64,000 nucleotides of DNA, from the IMG/VR virus record IMGVR_UViG_3300020577_007794; one strand, 5' to 3'. Positions 45,956 to 54,208 of the stretch are shown in pieces. The first letter of the stretch is position 1, and each line of letters opens with the position of its first letter. This DNA comes from a virus (Duplodnaviria; Caudoviricetes). Under the pieces are notes generated by a model, which was given only the letters and a program-made list of their open reading frames with translations, ran no database searches and was not told where the DNA came from. The translations under genes were made by a program, and so were the position numbers.

Positions 45956-46962
45956 TAACCTTGATCCTCCGAATATCTTTGAAGAACGTTATTCCTAATT
46001 TCATCTGCATTAAAGTTTGCAAACTTCTTAGCATATTCAGTAGGTCTTTTGTGGAAGAAGTCCGTCATAGCATTGCCTTCGGTATCTTCAATCATCCACT
46101 CAGTCTTAGCAAACAATTCTGGATCAATCTCAAAGAGGACTTCAAAACCAATTCCGTGAAGGGATTCATTGATTCGATTCTTCACATACTCCTTCAGAAC
46201 AGGAGCAGAAAGATTAGGTTCGTTATACTCACCTAGCATCCAATCAATAATTTTAGCTTCTGCTTTAAAAGCTTCCTCAGCTTCGTGCCTTATTCGGGCT
46301 TCCAATTCCTCATCAAATAGTTCTGGATATTCTGATTTAATCGTATTGATAACCTTAGTACCAATCTGAGCATGAATCAGTTCTTCGTTTTTAGTGTACT
46401 GAACTTGCTGCGCAGTATCCTTTAAAACATTCTTGTATCTGTTAAACCATAGGATGATATAAAACTGGCTGAAGAGAGATACGTTCTCAACAAACAAAGT
46501 AAAGAGAATTAAAGCATAGACATACTGCTTCTTATCGTTAGTATAAACTTTGTCTAAGTACTTTCTTAAATAGGTGACTCTACCATTAACAACATCAATC
46601 TTAAGGTTCTGTTCAAAAGAATCCTGTAACTGTAGAATGTCTAAAAGCTTTTCATAAGCTTTATTATGGATAACTTCGATAGCCGACATAACAATACCCA
46701 TATCTGTTAATGACGGATGGGGAAGATTGTCCCCGAGTCTTGACCAAAACTTCTTGACTGCAATCTCAATCTGAGCTATCGCTGATAGAGTGTTGGTTAT
46801 AATAACCCTTTCCTCTTCGGACATAACAGTCTTAAATTGGTGATAATCGTTAATAAAGTTAAACTCTTCAGGCGTCCAGTGGCCGTTCCACATTGCCTTG
46901 ATAAACTCTTGAGCCCACGGATAGTTATCCGGTTTTCGTGCAATTTGTTCTTTAAAAATCAT
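45955..46962 (-). CDS. nrdB: ribonucleotide reductase class I beta subunit
   Basis: EVIHNKAY, VENVSLFSQF, EELIH, DFFHKRPTEY; ATG at 46962 (track 46977). Confidence 0.95.
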   Translation of the reverse strand: MIFKEQIARKPDNYPWAQEFIKAMWNGHWTPEEFNFINDYHQFKTVMSEEERVIITNTLSAIAQIEIAVKKFWSRLGDNLPHPSLTDMGIVMSAIEVIHNKAYEKLLDILQLQDSFEQNLKIDVVNGRVTYLRKYLDKVYTNDKKQYVYALILFTLFVENVSLFSQFYIILWFNRYKNVLKDTAQQVQYTKNEELIHAQIGTKVINTIKSEYPELFDEELEARIRHEAEEAFKAEAKIIDWMLGEYNEPNLSAPVLKEYVKNRINESLHGIGFEVLFEIDPELFAKTEWMIEDTEGNAMTDFFHKRPTEYAKKFANFNADEIRNNVLQRYSEDQG

Positions 46963-47046
46963 TGTACTGAACTTCAAATTAAAATGTTCAAGTCACTAGA
47001 TATTCAATAGTTAGAGGTAATCAGTATTATTGTTATTATAGGACAA

Positions 47047-47080
47047 AATTTGCCAGTTGATCCGAGTCAACTGGCAAATT
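47047..47080. terminator. perfect 14-bp hairpin, probable terminator
   Basis: AATTTGCCAGTTGA-tccgag-TCAACTGGCAAATT; minus-strand TATAAT follows at 47035..47040. Confidence 0.6.
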
Positions 47081-47103
47081 CTTAGGAGATTAATACTGTA
47101 TCC

Positions 47104-47112
47104 CAAATAGAG
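47104..47112 (-). promoter_or_regulatory. CTCTATTTG motif (minus strand)
   Basis: CAAATAGAG on the plus strand, in the intergenic region upstream of nrdB. Confidence 0.5.
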
Positions 47113-47116
47113 GGTT

Positions 47117-47509
47117 CTATCTCTTTATGGGAAAGATTACTCTTATTTTCACGGGAGTTTGCACGTTTTCTCCGAGATTTTCAGAAATGAATCCCTCAGA
47201 GTTTTCAATTAGATTAGCATTAGTAAGTCTTGTGGCTAAACCGCCACTTACTACCTGATCGCTTCCACATTTCTTACAGACAAATAATCTGATATCAACA
47301 GGTCCCCAGCATTCTGAACAAGAATAACCTTTGTTAGGTATGTACCCAATATGCCTACCATCAACAAAGACAGCTATAGCAAATGGATCATAGGGGTTAT
47401 CAGGTTCTCTTACTAATTTTACTGGAGTACCAACAGGTAATGTTTGACAAAAGCTTAAGGCACCGGGAATATACCCGGTACCCAAAACAGGAGTCTCACA
47501 TTCCTTCAT
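47117..47509 (-). CDS. HIRAN domain protein with a Zn-ribbon insert
   Basis: LVREPDNPYDPFAIAV...IGYIP; CSEC...CKKC. Confidence 0.8.
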   Translation of the reverse strand: MKECETPVLGTGYIPGALSFCQTLPVGTPVKLVREPDNPYDPFAIAVFVDGRHIGYIPNKGYSCSECWGPVDIRLFVCKKCGSDQVVSGGLATRLTNANLIENSEGFISENLGENVQTPVKIRVIFPIKR

Positions 47510-47925
47510 TAGATTTCAATATCAGGAAGATCTGGAGTAGCTGGTGCTGTAACCTTAGCACTTACAGCTTTGGTTGCACCACTTCCAACTGGTTTGGAGT
47601 CCTCCTGAGAACTTTGACCAGTAGAGATAAACTCAAGTGTAGTTACATTAAGTTCAGTTGACATTCCTTTAGCAGTTTCTGTTGACCAGGATCTATTTTC
47701 AAGTTCTCCTGATACCATAACTGGCTTGCCTTTAGTCAAATATTCAGCAAGCTTTTCACCTCTTTCACCCCAAATGGAACACACCACAAAAGTAGCACCA
47801 GGATTAACACCCTTCTTCTTAGGTTTGTTATTTGAAGCTACAGTGAACTTCAGTAGTTTAGAGCCAGATAGCTCTAGGTATTCAGCGTCAGCTGTTAAGT
47901 TGCCATGTACAGTAGAAATAATCAT
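47509..47925 (-). CDS. ssb: single-stranded DNA-binding protein
   Basis: GNLTADAE, FTVASN, CSIWG, YLTKGKPVMVSGELENRSW, acidic tail. Confidence 0.9.
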   Translation of the reverse strand: MIISTVHGNLTADAEYLELSGSKLLKFTVASNNKPKKKGVNPGATFVVCSIWGERGEKLAEYLTKGKPVMVSGELENRSWSTETAKGMSTELNVTTLEFISTGQSSQEDSKPVGSGATKAVSAKVTAPATPDLPDIEI

Positions 47926-49128
47926 TTATTCTTCTTCGATACCTTCTGGTACCACCAATACTTCGTCAAGATCAACAAAGTCAGTTTCTTTCTCAGGAAC
48001 TGCCTGTATCTTTAACGCTTCTGTTAATTCCGCTTTAAGTGCTCTGTCTTCTCGGACTAAAGCTCTTGCAACGTCAATACCACCTTCGACAAGAAATTCT
48101 CTGATTTCTCCGTCTTCATTAGGTATTTTAAATAGGTAGTTTGCCTTACCACTTTTAGATATAATTCCAGCAGATAGAGCATTTGTAAAGATCTCCATGC
48201 TGTCATCAACACCCAAACCATAAAGCACATTATATTGACCTCTTCCAAGTCTGCCTACGATGTTGTTCTTTCTAACATCAAATGCGACTGTGTGACCAAT
48301 ATCATCCTCGCCATCCTTGCCCTTAGTAGGTGCCTTCTCCAATTTCTTTTTAGCAAGAACTGTTATTAGCTTCGAGAAGAATCTAACCGCATTACCTCCA
48401 GAAATTTGATCTGGCGCACCATAAGCATTGATATTAGTTCTAAGTTGAGCTATATTTACAAGGGCTGTTCCCTCTCTAAGCATACCTCGACCGGCCAACT
48501 CTTCAAGCCATTTAGAAAGCATAGCGGCTCTTCTACCTATTGTAGAACCAGCTAAACCATCTTTTTCGCCCTTATCGTACTGTGCTTTAGGCACCATACC
48601 ATTCAAAGAGTCAACAATAACTAAATCAACAATCCCTCTGGTAAGTCTATTATCGGGATCATACAGCAGTTCATGCAGTATGTCTAGAATCTGCTCACCA
48701 TAGTCTGCAGCTCGTACAATTATAAGAGAGTCAATATCTACACCCAAAAGAATGGCCATGAGATATGGGAACGGAGGCTCTGCGTCAATCCAGACTGCAG
48801 TTCCACCCTGTTTCTGTACTTCAGCAACAAGCATGAGACCTAAACAAGTTTTACCAGAACCGGGGGTCCCAGATATTGTAGAGACAGCTCCTTTAGGAAT
48901 ACCACCCCCAAGTTTTTCATCTAAGATACCAATCCCTGTCTTAATAAACTTAGGAGAAAGCTGTTCCTTTATATCCTTTCCAACAGATATAATAGGGGTA
49001 ACATCTTCTTTACCACCTAGATATTTTTTGTTAATATCGTTTGTTATCTTTTGAAGAATAGAAAGCTTTGCTACAGCTTGTTGTTCAGGTGTTTCTATGG
49101 CTGCATCTTTTTCTTTTCGTTTTGCCAT
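47926..49128 (-). CDS. recA: RecA/UvsX-like recombinase
   Basis: TGIGILDEKLGGGIPKG, GTPGSGKT, WIDAE, IVDSL, SGGNAVRF; ATG at 49128 preferred (track 49179). Confidence 0.9.
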   Translation of the reverse strand: MAKRKEKDAAIETPEQQAVAKLSILQKITNDINKKYLGGKEDVTPIISVGKDIKEQLSPKFIKTGIGILDEKLGGGIPKGAVSTISGTPGSGKTCLGLMLVAEVQKQGGTAVWIDAEPPFPYLMAILLGVDIDSLIIVRAADYGEQILDILHELLYDPDNRLTRGIVDLVIVDSLNGMVPKAQYDKGEKDGLAGSTIGRRAAMLSKWLEELAGRGMLREGTALVNIAQLRTNINAYGAPDQISGGNAVRFFSKLITVLAKKKLEKAPTKGKDGEDDIGHTVAFDVRKNNIVGRLGRGQYNVLYGLGVDDSMEIFTNALSAGIISKSGKANYLFKIPNEDGEIREFLVEGGIDVARALVREDRALKAELTEALKIQAVPEKETDFVDLDEVLVVPEGIEEE

Positions 49129-49134
49129 GTATTT

Positions 49135-49140
49135 ATTATA
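49135..49140 (-). promoter_or_regulatory. -10 box of a putative leaderless recA promoter
   Basis: Minus strand TATAATaaatacATG. Confidence 0.5.
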
Positions 49141-49144
49141 CCGT

Positions 49145-49174
49145 AAAAAACAGAAAGGACCGGTAAAGGTCCTT
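49145..49174 (-). terminator. terminator after polA
   Basis: AAGGACC/GGTCCTT stem followed by TCTGTTTTTT on the minus strand. Confidence 0.6.
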
Positions 49175-49178
49175 ACCA

Positions 49179-51248
49179 TTACTTAGTCCAAGAATTCCCA
49201 ATTGACATACTGACTTCCACTGGAATTCGTTTGTCAAGGGATTTCTCTCCACACTCAATCATAATTTTCACAAGTAAATCAGCTGCTTCATCAACATTGC
49301 TTTCCCAAGCTTCACTTACTATTTCGTCATGGACGTTTAGAAGTACAACTGGAATATCAGTTTCAAATCTAGTGTTGAAAGAAGCCGTAGCTTCAACCAA
49401 ACTCATTTTTGTAGCGTCTGCGTTAGACGCCTGGAACACAGCATTCACAGCCTGTCTTTGTGCATCTGCAAGTTTTTGTTCGTAGTACCTTGTCTGATAC
49501 GCAGGAGGTAAAGTGAAAAACCTCTTTCTTCCACAGAAAGTTTCTATAAATCCAGGGTTCTTTACTCTTTCATGAGTTTCTTTAATAAACTGTGCAACCT
49601 TAGGAAGCTGTTTCATAAAGACATCTCGGTAATAGGAACAATCCTTGATAGTGATATTAAAGAATCCCTCTCCATAAAGCTGTTCCAGCATTCTACCAGG
49701 ACCAGCTCCATAAAGCAGAGCATACCCTAAAGTTTTTCCAAGACCTCTATCTTTGTCAGTTACCTGACTAACGTCCGTACCCAGAACAAGAGCAGAGTTT
49801 CTTCTGTGAACGTCAGTAAAGGCAAATTTATCCACCATCTCCAGCTCTCCCGGAGTTACTGTAATCTTGCCCTTTTTAACAGACTTAACAAAGTGATCTG
49901 GATCTGCCTCTCCATACTTTGATGCGATGTTCTTTATGATTGGAAGAAGATCCGCTCTCTCACAATACAGATCAATTAGAACTTGTTCACCGGTGTACGC
50001 ACCAGCTGCTCTAAATTCAAACTGGCTATAGTCTGCAGTAATGATTTTTCTACCAGGCTTAGCAATAATTAGATGCCTCAAGCCAGGAGGAATATTCTGC
50101 ATGTTGGGATCTGAAGATGCCATTCTTCCAGTATCTGCGTGACAGCTTTTAAAGTTAGGATGAATACACCCTGTGGAAGGATTAATATGTTCTTCAAGCC
50201 AAGCTTTAAAGTACTTTATACTTCCATTATGTATCTTTCTATACTCTAATATGAGTTTTGCAATATCGGCATCAGGATATTTCAGAAGCACATTGCTCAA
50301 AGCATCTTTGCTTGAACTTGTAATCATATATCCCATTGCTGACAAGATTGAAATAACTTGCTGACTGGAGTTAGGATTAAAGAGATTATCCTTAGTAACC
50401 GGTTTTATAGCAGGGGGCATACTTGAATAGACACTCTGAATATCATCGTATACCTTCTTCTGATTGATCTTTGCAGAACTATACGCTTCCTTAACCGCAG
50501 GTATGTCAACAGCTACCCCAGTAACTTCACTAATAATAAGGCTTGTAATCAAAGGAAGCTCAATCTCCTTCCACACATTATAGAGATTATTATTATGAAG
50601 TCTAGATATAAGAGGTTCAACAAGTCTATGGCTGACTAGTGAGTCATTAGCAGCATAGTGTACTTGGTCCCACGTTGGCTCCTGTGTCACTGGTTGACCA
50701 ATGAACGATGTTTGCTGCCCCTTGGATATTTCCATAGGGTAGAGGATGTATTTAACAATGTTATCCAGAGCAAATGTCATTGCTGGCCAGCAACCTGCAT
50801 AGCAGAGCTGTGAAGCCACCATGGTATCGAAGAAAATATTGACTAGGATACCATATTGGTAATACCACCACTTTGCATCAAACTTGATGTTTTGGTTGCT
50901 GATAGGGACAACTTCAAGAACCTTTAACAATAAATCATAGCATCTGTTAGTTTCCCTAGTTGGATTCTCCCCAAACATAAAGTATGGAGAAAAGACCATG
51001 GCGTGTTTTCCATTCCATGATATAGAAAACAAAAGGATATTTCCATTAATGTAATCTAAACCATCTGTTTCAAGATCAATTGTTAAGAAGAAATTGGAGT
51101 TGGCTTTGTACGTGTTAAGAAAAGACTGCATTAATTCGCAGAATTGTTCTTCATCTTCCTTAACCATGTAGACATACTTGCCAATTAATTTCCCATTCTT
51201 TTCCCTGCAAAAACTACTATTAAGTTGTTTAACCTCAGGTGTTGTCAC
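49179..51248 (-). CDS. polA: DNA polymerase family A with 3'-5' exonuclease
   Basis: DLETDG, NIKFD, YAAND exonuclease motifs; TGRMASSDPNMQNIP, DYSQFEFR, KTLGYALLYG, VHDEI. Confidence 0.95.
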   Translation of the reverse strand: MTTPEVKQLNSSFCREKNGKLIGKYVYMVKEDEEQFCELMQSFLNTYKANSNFFLTIDLETDGLDYINGNILLFSISWNGKHAMVFSPYFMFGENPTRETNRCYDLLLKVLEVVPISNQNIKFDAKWWYYQYGILVNIFFDTMVASQLCYAGCWPAMTFALDNIVKYILYPMEISKGQQTSFIGQPVTQEPTWDQVHYAANDSLVSHRLVEPLISRLHNNNLYNVWKEIELPLITSLIISEVTGVAVDIPAVKEAYSSAKINQKKVYDDIQSVYSSMPPAIKPVTKDNLFNPNSSQQVISILSAMGYMITSSSKDALSNVLLKYPDADIAKLILEYRKIHNGSIKYFKAWLEEHINPSTGCIHPNFKSCHADTGRMASSDPNMQNIPPGLRHLIIAKPGRKIITADYSQFEFRAAGAYTGEQVLIDLYCERADLLPIIKNIASKYGEADPDHFVKSVKKGKITVTPGELEMVDKFAFTDVHRRNSALVLGTDVSQVTDKDRGLGKTLGYALLYGAGPGRMLEQLYGEGFFNITIKDCSYYRDVFMKQLPKVAQFIKETHERVKNPGFIETFCGRKRFFTLPPAYQTRYYEQKLADAQRQAVNAVFQASNADATKMSLVEATASFNTRFETDIPVVLLNVHDEIVSEAWESNVDEAADLLVKIMIECGEKSLDKRIPVEVSMSIGNSWTK

Positions 51249-51681
51249 TGAATAAGTCCTCCCTCATGCTGTTAAACACTTCTCTGTTAAATGCATTTCT
51301 CGAGATAGGCATTATACCTATTTGGTCTACAACTTTCTCTAGGAGACTGAAATCATTAGAAGAAATTTGATAATCTACTTCTTTAATTTTAGCTAAAGAT
51401 AGTGGATCAGCTTCCTTTATGTCAAACTGTTTGCATAGATCTTTATATGTTTCTTCTGCAGTTGTTATTGGATCACCACCCCAAATAAGGAGGGATAATT
51501 CCCATAGACACGCATGTTCTACTAATTCTTTAGATACTGATTGAATTCTTGCAACTAACCTGTGGGCTGACATGTATGCAAGAGAAAAATAAGGGTTTAC
51601 AGGCGTATAAAGCGAAACCTGTAAACCCTTTCTGTATAGATTTTTTAAACTTAGATTTTCATCTATTACTAATTTGCTCAT
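51235..51681 (-). CDS. hypothetical protein, possible degenerate HD-hydrolase paralogue
   Basis: YFSLAYMS...ACLWEL...GD...KEVD parallels YTVAQHS...ALIHD...D...NVD of 62545..63174. Confidence 0.4.
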   Translation of the reverse strand: MSKLVIDENLSLKNLYRKGLQVSLYTPVNPYFSLAYMSAHRLVARIQSVSKELVEHACLWELSLLIWGGDPITTAEETYKDLCKQFDIKEADPLSLAKIKEVDYQISSNDFSLLEKVVDQIGIMPISRNAFNREVFNSMREDLFSDNT

Positions 51682-51886
51682 TTAAAACTTTTGTACTACC
51701 ACAATAATCGCACTTCTCAATAATTAAAATTCTGAAGAAGTTAGGTTCAGTGGGCAGATTTTGGAGACTAAATAGTTTCTTTTCGACAGAAAGAACTGAA
51801 CTATCTTGCACCAACTCATCCGCCCCTAGTATACCTATAACTAAGGTCTTGATTTCACCTTTTGGGCACAGTTTACACCGAAACAC
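51659..51886 (-). CDS. small Zn-ribbon protein
   Basis: CKLC...CDYC. Confidence 0.5.
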   Translation of the reverse strand: MFRCKLCPKGEIKTLVIGILGADELVQDSSVLSVEKKLFSLQNLPTEPNFFRILIIEKCDYCGSTKVLNEQISNR

Positions 51887-52712
51887 CAGGTTTTTCCTTT
51901 TTCAAGTATCTAACATGGCTGAATCCGTACTTCAACCTGTTATTGTATTCCTGAATAGACATAGGAATAATAGTTTCAGGAGAGCTGTCCTCCATAGCAT
52001 TTATATAATACAAAGAAGCCATGTTAATGAAAAATCTCCCTGGATCTTCACTTTTCTCTTCAACAATAGAAAGTATGAGAGGATTTCTATCCATTGAATC
52101 TGGTCCTCTATATTTACCCTTAAGCAAAATATTATCACTTCTTTTCGGAGATGTAATAACTATTTTAGGTTCGCTGCAAATCTCGGTAAGTGGAGTATAG
52201 TCATCAGGATATACTAGGTAAGTAAAATCTGGTTTTTCTTTTTTAACTATATCTAAATACTTTTCTAAGCTTTGCGGGCAAAGTATATCGTAGTTAGTTG
52301 GCTCTTTAATGGAAGGAGTAAGATAGTGGGGTTCATAGTATATCCCCAGTTTAGATGTAACTAAAGCTCTAGCTATTCTTGCTATAGAATGCGGGCCCTT
52401 TGCTTGTTCCTCAGAGATATTAACACCATGGTTCTTGTAGGTGTACTCTTGCCATTGTTTTGCAAATAGCTCATCTAGATGTTCGTAAACATCCTCCTCT
52501 GGTTCCTCTAAGACAATAACTTCACCCTCTATACTCTCAGGTAAAATTTCAGAATCAGACTTGAAAGGGTAGTTATTTTTGAAGGAAGCCCCCTTGAAGT
52601 TAATAAAAGCAGTTCCACCTAGGTTATTAATCTCTTTAACTGCAGCACAGAAAGCACAAAACCATTCTATACTTTTAGTATTAAATATGATTGTAGGTAA
52701 TTTTTTAGTCAT
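51873..52712 (-). CDS. hypothetical protein
   Basis: 279-aa ORF. Confidence 0.55.
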   Translation of the reverse strand: MTKKLPTIIFNTKSIEWFCAFCAAVKEINNLGGTAFINFKGASFKNNYPFKSDSEILPESIEGEVIVLEEPEEDVYEHLDELFAKQWQEYTYKNHGVNISEEQAKGPHSIARIARALVTSKLGIYYEPHYLTPSIKEPTNYDILCPQSLEKYLDIVKKEKPDFTYLVYPDDYTPLTEICSEPKIVITSPKRSDNILLKGKYRGPDSMDRNPLILSIVEEKSEDPGRFFINMASLYYINAMEDSSPETIIPMSIQEYNNRLKYGFSHVRYLKKEKPGVSV

Positions 52713-53331
52713 TGATAACTCTTTCTACTGAAGAAATTCCTTGGTTGTTCTTCGTTACTAGATATTTTACATTAGAGTCCATTTGCATGTGTGATATAAT
52801 ACCTACTTGAACACCAGTTTTTTCAGCCATGGTCTTTATGTAGTTCCAGGCTCTTTTACTGAGAGCAGAGTTAATATTAGAAAAAGGTTCATCGAAAAAG
52901 ATAAACTTGGGAGTTGACCCAAGAAAAAGAAGAACTGCCGTATTAATGATTACAGATACAGTTTGATATGCAGCATCTCCAAAAACAGAAATAGAATCAA
53001 ATTCTCCACCTGGAGATTTCATTTTAGGTGTAACACCTTTAAGAAGATCTTTTTCGTAGAAAGGTTCGTATATAAAGGAATACTCCTTTCCGAATAAAGT
53101 TGTTAAACCATCTGAACAAAGCTTGGCTAGATGTTCAGATAGAGATAGTGTTCGTTTTGAACAAGCCTTTCCAAGAAATATAGCATCCTGCAAAACTTCC
53201 TTTCTTTTTTTTAGTTCCGCTATCTGTTCATTAGTCTCCTGATTTAAACGGGCCTCTGACATAAATGAGCCCAGTCTCATAGAGAACTGTTGCTTAACAG
53301 AAGATGTATTAAAGTTTGTCGAATTGCTCAA
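52705..53331 (-). CDS. SbcC/Rad50-like ATPase, C-terminal half
   Basis: Walker B and D-loop FIFFDEPFSNI; H-loop IISH; no Walker A. Confidence 0.75.
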   Translation of the reverse strand: MSNSTNFNTSSVKQQFSMRLGSFMSEARLNQETNEQIAELKKRKEVLQDAIFLGKACSKRTLSLSEHLAKLCSDGLTTLFGKEYSFIYEPFYEKDLLKGVTPKMKSPGGEFDSISVFGDAAYQTVSVIINTAVLLFLGSTPKFIFFDEPFSNINSALSKRAWNYIKTMAEKTGVQVGIISHMQMDSNVKYLVTKNNQGISSVERVIND

Positions 53332-53608
53332 TTAAATCCATCACGTTCCTAAGATCGTTCTGCAATTGTTCTTTATTCACTTCGATGGAGTTTATTATTT
53401 CACTTGTTAGGTTAGCCAGAGATGATAGACTATCACTACCGACTAATTCTGTTAATTCTAAATAAAAGGATTCTAATTCTTTTTTAGAGTTTTCCTGCTG
53501 AACGGACAATCTTAAAGAAGCTTGTTCAGCTTTTTTTATATTCTGTTCTGTCTCAGCTAATGTTTTTTTAAGAGAATCTATAGATTCTTGAGAAAGTAAG
53601 TTGCTCAT
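53309..53608 (-). CDS. small coiled-coil protein (probable SbcC-associated arm)
   Basis: Heptad-rich 99 aa directly upstream of the SbcC C-half. Confidence 0.5.
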   Translation of the reverse strand: MSNLLSQESIDSLKKTLAETEQNIKKAEQASLRLSVQQENSKKELESFYLELTELVGSDSLSSLANLTSEIINSIEVNKEQLQNDLRNVMDLIEQFDKL

Positions 53609-53614
53609 ATATAG

Positions 53615-54208
53615 TTATAAATAAGTTGCATCACTTGTTCTTCTTCTTGCAGTAGTAGGTATCTCTAATTCAACAGATTCTAAAAAGTAAGGAAATTGTT
53701 GGTAGGGTGGGTCGGATGGGTTAACTACGTAAGGTCCATTACCACCAGGATCCTTGATTACAAATCTTAAATTAGTGTAGTCAGTAATACTATTGGCTTC
53801 GGACACAGTAAGATAGTATTCAAAAGTCTTAAGACCATCTCCAACACCTTGACTTAGTGAGCTGGTTGTAGCTATAACAGTACTTCCTTCACGGAGTTCA
53901 AACTGTACATAAATAGTTGTGGAAGAGGATGAGTTAACTCGCAGGATATGTCCCGACTCTGCAGGGGAGTTATCTGGATAACCACTTCTTCGACCAGGAG
54001 TTAACCCAGGAGAAAGACCTAATATATTGTTAACAGATAGAGGAAGATTGACTGCAACCATATCTGAATAACCAAAAGTCTCGCCATCTACAATAGGAAA
54101 AGGAGAATCATTAAGTCTATCCCAACAGGGTGTTGTTAAAACACCTTCACGCCACGGGACTAAATCGGTTACAGTAATATCTGAATTAGGTTTTAAATGC
54201 TGGGGCAT
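53615..54208 (-). CDS. putative virion structural protein
   Basis: LTVSEANSITDYTNLRF...VELEIP beta protein, TAATG-coupled to the fibre gene. Confidence 0.45.
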   Translation of the reverse strand: MPQHLKPNSDITVTDLVPWREGVLTTPCWDRLNDSPFPIVDGETFGYSDMVAVNLPLSVNNILGLSPGLTPGRRSGYPDNSPAESGHILRVNSSSSTTIYVQFELREGSTVIATTSSLSQGVGDGLKTFEYYLTVSEANSITDYTNLRFVIKDPGGNGPYVVNPSDPPYQQFPYFLESVELEIPTTARRRTSDATYL

